Below, in pieces: positions 56,243-64,000 of a stretch of DNA of 64,000 nucleotides. How positions within the stretch are numbered: the first letter of the stretch is position 1; each line of letters starts with the position of its first letter. The stretch is from an uncultured Clostridia bacterium (GTDB lineage Bacteria; Bacillota; Clostridia; TANB77; CAG-508). The stretch covers positions 2,509-66,508 of the forward strand of contig CAKOTF010000009.1 in NCBI GenBank assembly GCA_934120045.1. The letters are read 5' to 3'. The notes below the pieces were generated by a model. It was not told the origin of the DNA, did no database searches, and worked only from the letters and a program-made list of their open reading frames with translations. Position numbers and translations under genes: made by a program.

Positions 56243-57835
56243 TTACAACTCAACAGTCATAATTAAGTTGCCATCTTGATCATAAACATCTTCGAAAGTC
56301 TCCTGATATCCATACAAATCTTTACTTGTATATTTTGCATAGGAATAATAACCATTTCCAGAGATTTTGTCATATTGGATTGGAATGATTTCTTTAAAGC
56401 CATAGAATTCAGCATTTTCAAAATCAACTCCTACATATTTAAACACTCCCCATTGACCATTTTTTCTAATCATAACAATCAATTCATCAGAATCATCTAT
56501 AACTCTGATTTCCTGGCATTTAAGATGATGAATTTCTTTCGCTTTCAAATTATATTCAACATATTCATTATCCCTATCTTTTTTGTGAAATATAATGCTA
56601 GTATAATCTTCCCATACAATATCATTTTCTTCATCAAAGGAAAAATCTGTCACCTTCATTCCATTTAAATCATAAATTTGAAAACATCCTGAACTACTAT
56701 AAATTTTTATATAATTCTCATCTTCAAATTCAAATCTATATCCTTCAATTTTAGTTTTAAGCTCTCCATTAAAATTAAATATCCATAAAGTCTCATTATT
56801 AGGATATAGCAGACTAGAGCCAATGGCATAACGCATTTGTCGTACTTGAAATATACGAAAAACACTTTCACATATTACTTTACCATTATAATCAAAGATT
56901 TGCCATTCAGAATCATAATAATAACTACCTTTTATCATAACAGCAATCCATTTTTCAGTTGTCTTAAAACAATCTGTTAACCTTTTTGCAATAAAAGTTG
57001 TTACTATATGATTTCCGTTTGATGAATAAAACCTAAATTTACCTGTATTAAATTCTTCAACTATCAATACCTTAGAGAACTTATAAAGTCTTTCTCTTTC
57101 TTTAATCTCTAAGCCATTGTATTTAAAAACTTTTTCTTCACCTTCTTCTGCTTTATTTCCTATAAGCATTTTTAATAACTCATCACTAATACCTCTCGCC
57201 ATAACATTTCCATCTTGAGTTACAACTATCCAACCATCTTTTTCTTTTATCATCATACTCCGATGAATTCCAAACCAATAACAATTTGTTCTAAGAATCA
57301 TCTGTAAACTTTGCTTATCTTTATAATTGGATTTAGGAATAGTTCCTAACAACTTATTATTTGATATATTATAAATCTTAATTTCACCACACTTGTTTTT
57401 TTCAATCCAATAATGTTCAGAAATCCAAATTCTTGTTCCAACTTCAAAATTGTTTTTGTAAGAATCAAATTGACTAGAAACAACTACTCTTTCTCTAAAT
57501 CCTTTATAAAACTTACTTGTACTACTAGATTGTAAAATGAGTTTAATTGCACCTAAGATATATTTTCCTTCAGCTTTATATTTCTGAATAACTTTTCCTT
57601 CATAATTCTTAACATAATAACTGTCTTTTGATAATACAATAAAAGCCTCTTTACCAAATAAAGTATTTTTTAATAAGCTATCCACATCTTTAAATCCAAA
57701 TACTTCACTTATTTTTTCTCCTTCCATGTTATATATATCAGCTTTTGTATCATTATTTCTAAGGAGAATTGTATAATTTCCAGAAACAATAACACTTTCT
57801 CCAATTGCCAAAACAGGTATGTTGATTTTTGTCAT
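56243..57835 (-). CDS. Cytoplasmic repeat protein (WG-repeat / beta-propeller-like), function unknown
   Basis: Recurrent (Y/F)-x-x-(D/N)-G-x-x-(I/V) hairpin motif about every 40-60 aa (IYNMEGEKI, KNYEGKVI, FDYNGKVI, YDLNGMKV, YDQDGNLI). No signal peptide. Confidence 0.45.
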   Translation of the reverse strand: MTKINIPVLAIGESVIVSGNYTILLRNNDTKADIYNMEGEKISEVFGFKDVDSLLKNTLFGKEAFIVLSKDSYYVKNYEGKVIQKYKAEGKYILGAIKLILQSSSTSKFYKGFRERVVVSSQFDSYKNNFEVGTRIWISEHYWIEKNKCGEIKIYNISNNKLLGTIPKSNYKDKQSLQMILRTNCYWFGIHRSMMIKEKDGWIVVTQDGNVMARGISDELLKMLIGNKAEEGEEKVFKYNGLEIKERERLYKFSKVLIVEEFNTGKFRFYSSNGNHIVTTFIAKRLTDCFKTTEKWIAVMIKGSYYYDSEWQIFDYNGKVICESVFRIFQVRQMRYAIGSSLLYPNNETLWIFNFNGELKTKIEGYRFEFEDENYIKIYSSSGCFQIYDLNGMKVTDFSFDEENDIVWEDYTSIIFHKKDRDNEYVEYNLKAKEIHHLKCQEIRVIDDSDELIVMIRKNGQWGVFKYVGVDFENAEFYGFKEIIPIQYDKISGNGYYSYAKYTSKDLYGYQETFEDVYDQDGNLIMTVEL

Positions 57836-58075
57836 GATGTTTGTTCCTTTCTGTCTTGATATTTATGTTTTTCTATAAGGCTTCTTGAGCCTCATCTTGG
57901 CTATTATATCATGTATTTTATGTAAAATCAATTAATTTTTTTAATTTGATAATGAACTCAAAGTAAAAAGCGAATCTAAGATTTTCTATCAAATAAAAAT
58001 TTTAAGAAAATCTAAGACTCGCCATATTTATCTAGTACAGAAAGTCCTCCTACAAGGAGAACTTTCCTACTATAT

Positions 58076-58108
58076 AAAAAAAGCAAGAAACTTTTTAGTC
58101 TCTTGCTT
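58076..58108 (-). terminator. eno terminator
   Basis: AAGCAAGA/TCTTGCTT hairpin followed by T7 on the minus strand. Confidence 0.65.
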
Positions 58109-58130
58109 TTATTTCTGACATAAAGTCAAA

Positions 58131-59456
<1,326 letters not shown>

Positions 59457-59518
59457 TTATCATATCATGTATATAGTATGAATCAATTATTATAAATGTA
59501 ATCAAATTAATAATACAA

Positions 59519-60520
59519 CTATTTCATAGCTTCTTCAACAGCAACAGCTACTGCTACTGAAGCACCAACCATTGGGTTGTTACCCATACCAATTAATCCC
59601 ATCATTTCTACGTGAGCTGGTACTGAAGATGATCCTGCAAATTGTGCATCTGAATGCATTCTTCCCATTGTATCTGTCATACCATAAGAAGCTGGTCCTG
59701 CTGCCATATTATCTGGATGAAGTGTTCTACCTGTTCCACCACCAGAAGCAACTGAGAAGTATTTCTTTCCTGCTTCTAGTCTTTCTTTCTTATATGTTCC
59801 TGCAACTGGATGTTGGAATCTTGTTGGGTTTGTTGAGTTTCCTGTAATAGATACATCAACATCTTCTAACCACATGATTGCTACACCTTCTCTAACATCG
59901 TTTGCACCATAACATTTTACTTGGCTTCTTTCTCCATCAGAATATTTTATTTCTTCTACTACTTTTACTTTTCCTGTAAAATAATCAAAATCTGTTTTTA
60001 CATATGTAAATCCATTTATTCTTGATATTATTTGTGCTGCATCTTTTCCTAAACCATTTAAAATTACTCTTAATGGTTCTTTTCTAACTTTGTTTGCAGA
60101 TTTTGCTATACCAATAGCTCCTTCTGCTGCTGCAAAACTTTCATGTCCTGCTAAAAATGCAAAACATTTTGTATCTTCTGATAATAGCATTGATGCTAAA
60201 TTTCCATGTCCTAATCCTACTTTTCTATCATCTGCAACAGATCCTGGAATACAAAATGCTTGTAATCCTTCTCCAATTGCTTTTGCTGCATCTGATGCCT
60301 TTTTACATCCTTTTTTGATTGCTATTGCTGCACCTAATGTGTAAGCCCAAGCTGCATTTTCAAAACAAATTGGTTGAACTCCTTTTACTATTTCATAAGG
60401 ATTAAATCCTTTATCTGTACAGATTTTTAATGAATCTTCAAAATCTTTTATTCCGTATTTTTCCATAACTGGTTTTATTTGATCAATTCTTCTTTCATAA
60501 CTTTCAAATGTTACTGCCAT
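59519..60520 (-). CDS. GGGtGRT family protein (uncharacterised)
   Basis: Contains the eponymous SGGGTGRT motif (VASGGGTGRTLHP); 333 aa. Confidence 0.85.
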   Translation of the reverse strand: MAVTFESYERRIDQIKPVMEKYGIKDFEDSLKICTDKGFNPYEIVKGVQPICFENAAWAYTLGAAIAIKKGCKKASDAAKAIGEGLQAFCIPGSVADDRKVGLGHGNLASMLLSEDTKCFAFLAGHESFAAAEGAIGIAKSANKVRKEPLRVILNGLGKDAAQIISRINGFTYVKTDFDYFTGKVKVVEEIKYSDGERSQVKCYGANDVREGVAIMWLEDVDVSITGNSTNPTRFQHPVAGTYKKERLEAGKKYFSVASGGGTGRTLHPDNMAAGPASYGMTDTMGRMHSDAQFAGSSSVPAHVEMMGLIGMGNNPMVGASVAVAVAVEEAMK

Positions 60521-60598
60521 CTTTTATTCCTCCTATTTTTATTGTAAGGGAAGACATTTCCCATTTTTACATCTTATTTATTTTTTTTAATTCTATTT

Positions 60599-61291
60599 CT
60601 ATGCTTCTCTTGGATCTATCTTCTTTACAGCTTCGTCAAATCTTCCATATGTACCAGAAGCTTTTTCAATTGCTTCTTTAGGATCAATTCCTTTTTTAAT
60701 ATTATCCATCATTTTTCCTAAATGAACATATTTATAACCAATTATTTGGTCATCTTTATCTAATCCTAATTCTACTATATATCCTTCTGTTAATTGTAAA
60801 TATCTTGGTCCTTTTAATGAACTTGAATATATTGTTCCTACTTGTGATGTATGTCCTTTTCCTAAATCTTCAAGTCCAGCTCCTACTGGAAGTCCACCTT
60901 CTGAGAAAGCTGTTTGAGTTCTACCATATACTATTTGTAAGAATAATTCTCTCATAGCAGTATTTATAGCATCACAAACTAAATCTGTATTTAATGCTTC
61001 TAATATTGTTTTACCTGTTAGAATTTCTCCTGCCATTGCAGCTGAATGTGTCATTCCTGAACATCCTATTGTTTCAATTAATGCTTCTTGGATTATTCCA
61101 TCTTTTACATTTAATGTTAATTTACATGCTCCTTGTTGTGGTGCACACCATCCAATACCATGTGTTAATCCTGATATATCTTTTATATCTTTTGCTTTTA
61201 CCCATTTTCCTTCTTCTGGAATTGGTGCTGGTCCATGGTCTACTCCTTTTGCAACACAGCACATATTTTCTAATTCTTTTGAATAAATCAT
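60599..61291 (-). CDS. IscU/NifU-N-like iron-sulfur scaffold-domain protein with a C-terminal extension of about 100 aa
   Basis: GAC...GCSGMTHSAAMA...LVCDA Cys pattern resembling IscU. Start re-called to MIYSKEL behind an AAAGGAG SD. Confidence 0.75.
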   Translation of the reverse strand: MIYSKELENMCCVAKGVDHGPAPIPEEGKWVKAKDIKDISGLTHGIGWCAPQQGACKLTLNVKDGIIQEALIETIGCSGMTHSAAMAGEILTGKTILEALNTDLVCDAINTAMRELFLQIVYGRTQTAFSEGGLPVGAGLEDLGKGHTSQVGTIYSSSLKGPRYLQLTEGYIVELGLDKDDQIIGYKYVHLGKMMDNIKKGIDPKEAIEKASGTYGRFDEAVKKIDPREA

Positions 61292-61305
61292 TTTTATTGC
61301 TCCTT

Positions 61306-61971
61306 TCATTTATTACATAATATTTGATTTTTTATTTTACTTTCTTCTTGTTTTGCTACACGATAGTCAACTCTTTGATTTTCATCAACATCTGTTGTAT
61401 CATATTTTACCACATTTACTTGTCTTTTTAAGTAAATTCCAGTAATATATTCATCAGATTTCGGAACTTCTAAATTTCTAGTAGATAAATATTTATTAAA
61501 TGCTTTTTCTTCTTTTTTTCCACATGGTTCTATATGTAAATATTTTTTTCTCCAATATATATGGTGATCATAATATTCATCTTGGCCACCTAACAAATTA
61601 TCATAGCAAAATGTGTATGTTATTCTATCATTTTTTATTGATATTGTTAAATTTGACCATACTTTTTGATTTGTTTTTCTAAATTCTTCTCTTAGTTCTT
61701 TTATTTCATCATATAAAAGTTCTACTAGTTTTAAATATTCTTCCTCTTCTATATTGTACTTGTTTGGGACTTCATATACATTTATAAATTTTCTTTTTAA
61801 AATTCCTCTTGGCATAAAATAGAAATACATTTCTCCAACTTGAACTTTTCCAAGTCTCTCTATTATTGATGCATATAGGTATAATTCATCCCATTTTCCA
61901 GGTACTATATTGAAAAGCTTTCTTTGTATATTTTCATATAATTCTTTAATTTTTTTAGTATTATTAATCAC
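61306..61971 (-). CDS. YezG/DUF600-like immunity-family protein with an extra C-terminal region of about 70 aa
   Basis: N-terminal 150 aa (IYENIQRKLFNIVPGKWDELYLYASI...MYFYF) resemble DUF600. GTG start behind a GGGTGGA SD. Confidence 0.55.
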   Translation of the reverse strand: MINNTKKIKELYENIQRKLFNIVPGKWDELYLYASIIERLGKVQVGEMYFYFMPRGILKRKFINVYEVPNKYNIEEEEYLKLVELLYDEIKELREEFRKTNQKVWSNLTISIKNDRITYTFCYDNLLGGQDEYYDHHIYWRKKYLHIEPCGKKEEKAFNKYLSTRNLEVPKSDEYITGIYLKRQVNVVKYDTTDVDENQRVDYRVAKQEESKIKNQILCNK

Positions 61972-62032
61972 TTTTATCCACCCTTATTTATAGCGGGTTT
62001 TGAATTTTTTCGCTATTAATAGTTTATAATTC

Positions 62033-63565
62033 TTATTTTTCTAAAATACTTTCTCCAGTCATTTCTTCTGGCTTTTCAATTCCTAATATTTCTAACATTG
62101 TTGGTGCTAAATCTGCCAATTTTCCAGATTTTACTTTTAATGTTTCATCATTTGTTACAAGTATTAATGGAACTGGATTTGTTGTATGTGCAGTATGTGG
62201 TTCACCTGTTTTATAGTCAATCATTTGCTCACAGTTTCCATGATCTGCAGTTATTAAAATTGTTCCATTATGTGCTAACATTGCATCTACAACTTTTTGA
62301 ACACATTCATCTATTGTTTCTACAGCTTTTATTGCTGCTGGTAAACTTCCTGTGTGTCCAACCATATCTGGATTTGCAAAGTTTAATATAATTGCATTAT
62401 ATTTATCTTCATTTATTGCTTCTACAACTTTTTCTGTTACTATTGGTGCACTCATTTCTGGTTGTAAATCATATGTTGCTACTTTTGGTGATGGTACTAA
62501 TATTCTATCTTCACCAGGATATTGTTTTTCTTCTCCTCCATTAAAGAAAAATGTAACATGTGCATATTTTTCTGTTTCTGCAATTCTTAATTGTTTTAAT
62601 CCATTTTTGCTTACAACTTCTCCAAATGTGTTTACTAATGGTTCTTTTTTGAATGCTATTTTTACATTTGGCATTGTTTCATCATAATTTGTAAAACATA
62701 CAAAATATGTGTTGATTTTTTCTGTTTCAAATCCATCAAAGTCTGGGTCTACAATTGCTCTTGTTATCTCTCTTGCTCTATCTGGTCTAAAGTTAAAGAA
62801 AATTACAGAGTCATTTTCTCCAATTGTTGCAATTGGTGTATCATTATTAACTATTACAGTTGGTTCAACAAATTCGTCAAATACTTCTTTTTGATAAGAA
62901 TCTTCTATTGCTATTGTTGCAGATGTTGCTTTATTTCCTTCTCCTCTTACTAATGCATCATAACATTTTTTTACTCTATCCCATCTCTTATCTCTATCCA
63001 TAGCATAATATCTTCCTGATATACTTGCTATTTTTCCAACTTTCTTTTCTTTCATTTTTTCTTCAAGTTGTGTTATATATCCTTCTGCTGATGCTGGTGG
63101 TGTATCTCTTCCATCTAAAAAGCAGTGTACATATACATCTTCAAAATCTCTTCTTTTTGCCATTTCAAGTAGTCCATATAAATGTCTAATATGACTATGA
63201 ACTCCACCATCTGATAATAATCCTAATATGTGTAATTTTGAATTGTGTTTTTTACAATTTTCAATTGCTTCTATGAATTCAGGAATTGCAAAAAAGTCTC
63301 CATCTTCTATTGATTTTGTTATTTTTGTTAGTTCTTGATATACAATTCTTCCTGCTCCAATATTTGTGTGTCCTACTTCAGAATTTCCCATTTGTCCATC
63401 TGGTAGTCCTACTTTTAATCCACTTGTATACATTATTGTATTTGGGTATTTTTTCATTAGTTTGTCTATATTAGGTGTTTTTGCAAGTTTTACAGCATTA
63501 CCATCTGTTTTTTCGTTTATTCCAAAACCATCTAATATCATTAGCATTACTGGTCCTTTTTCCAT
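62033..63565 (-). CDS. gpmI: 2,3-bisphosphoglycerate-independent phosphoglycerate mutase
   Basis: [27 protein letters not shown]. Start re-called to MEKGPV. Confidence 0.95.
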   Translation of the reverse strand: MEKGPVMLMILDGFGINEKTDGNAVKLAKTPNIDKLMKKYPNTIMYTSGLKVGLPDGQMGNSEVGHTNIGAGRIVYQELTKITKSIEDGDFFAIPEFIEAIENCKKHNSKLHILGLLSDGGVHSHIRHLYGLLEMAKRRDFEDVYVHCFLDGRDTPPASAEGYITQLEEKMKEKKVGKIASISGRYYAMDRDKRWDRVKKCYDALVRGEGNKATSATIAIEDSYQKEVFDEFVEPTVIVNNDTPIATIGENDSVIFFNFRPDRAREITRAIVDPDFDGFETEKINTYFVCFTNYDETMPNVKIAFKKEPLVNTFGEVVSKNGLKQLRIAETEKYAHVTFFFNGGEEKQYPGEDRILVPSPKVATYDLQPEMSAPIVTEKVVEAINEDKYNAIILNFANPDMVGHTGSLPAAIKAVETIDECVQKVVDAMLAHNGTILITADHGNCEQMIDYKTGEPHTAHTTNPVPLILVTNDETLKVKSGKLADLAPTMLEILGIEKPEEMTGESILEK

Positions 63566-63618
63566 TATTTTCATTCCTTTCCAATTCAAATAACAATAGT
63601 TGTATTGTTTTGAACCAA

Positions 63619-64000
63619 TTATCTATCATAATTTACAATTTTAGCGAATTCTTCAGATTTTAAACTTGCTCCTCCTACAAGGCCTCCGTCTATATCTGAC
63701 ATCTCAAATAATTCTTTTGCATTTGATGATTTTACGCTTCCGCCATATTGTATTATAACTCCATTTGCCTCATTTTGTCCATATATTTCTGCTATTTTTT
63801 TTCTTATTTCCATTATTGTATTGTTTGCATCTTCTTTTGTTGCTGTTTTTCCTGTTCCTATTGCCCATATTGGTTCATATGCTACAATAATTTTTTCTAA
63901 ATCTTCTACTGGTACACCTTCTAATGCTTTTTCTATCTGACTTGTAACTATTGCTTCTGTTTGACCTGATTCTCTTTGTTCTAGAGTTTCACCAACACAT
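63619..64000 (-). CDS. tpiA: Triosephosphate isomerase, C-terminal part (5' end beyond the window)
   Basis: The open frame to the window edge reads ...[15 protein letters not shown]...IQYGGSVK...[10 protein letters not shown]. Confidence 0.9.
   Translation of the reverse strand, partial: CVGETLEQRESGQTEAIVTSQIEKALEGVPVEDLEKIIVAYEPIWAIGTGKTATKEDANNTIMEIRKKIAEIYGQNEANGVIIQYGGSVKSSNAKELFEMSDIDGGLVGGASLKSEEFAKIVNYDR

Overview
This is an AT-rich chromosomal segment (roughly 25-30% G+C by eye, not computed) from a low-GC Firmicute. spoIIM, ylbJ, FemAB, RNase Y and EndoQ suggest a spore-forming Clostridia- or Erysipelotrichia-like anaerobe, but the taxon cannot be fixed from the sequence alone. I support about 62 genes, and all but five are on the minus strand. 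Most plus-strand ORFs in the track are antisense shadows, and many track ORFs carry N-terminal over-extensions that I re-called using SD spacing.

The left part (1-36 kb) is accessory. It holds a complete vanG-type D-Ala-D-Ser vancomycin-resistance operon (vanR-vanS-vanW-vanG-vanXY-vanT) and a BceRS/BceAB-like peptide-antibiotic module with yxeA. It also holds a second two-component system plus FtsX-type ABC module, a P-type ATPase, and many small housecleaning or repair enzymes (3 NUDIX, 3 GNAT, Ham1, Tag, an HhH-GPD-like protein, a deoxyribosyltransferase-like protein). Decayed genes include an MGMT-like pseudogene, a phosphotransferase pseudogene, an internally deleted HxlR regulator and a frameshifted gene at the window edge.

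The right part (36-64 kb) is core: PBP, dinB, rny, xerD, spoIIM, endoQ, ftsH, alr, femAB, cyclophilin, tRNA-Gln(CUG), ylbJ, malQ-like, and tpiA-gpmI...eno.

I saw no transposase, no integrase other than xerD, no phage genes, no CRISPR array and no recognisable defence-system genes.

The most unusual signals are:
- Two paralogous loci of about 140-170 nt in inverted orientation (2.7 kb and 25.5 kb). Each lies exactly between two convergent sigma-A-like promoters around a shared hairpin, neither has a conserved ORF, and together they bracket 22.7 kb of accessory DNA.
- A 14-18 nt box at a fixed distance from the -10 element of the vanR and vanW promoters and, unexpectedly, of a P-type ATPase promoter.
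- A YezG-like / IscU-like / GGGtGRT gene trio inserted between gpmI and eno.
- A membrane-anchor-less FtsH paralog that has lost its pore loop and arginine fingers.

All functional calls rest on motif recognition by eye. No database search was possible.
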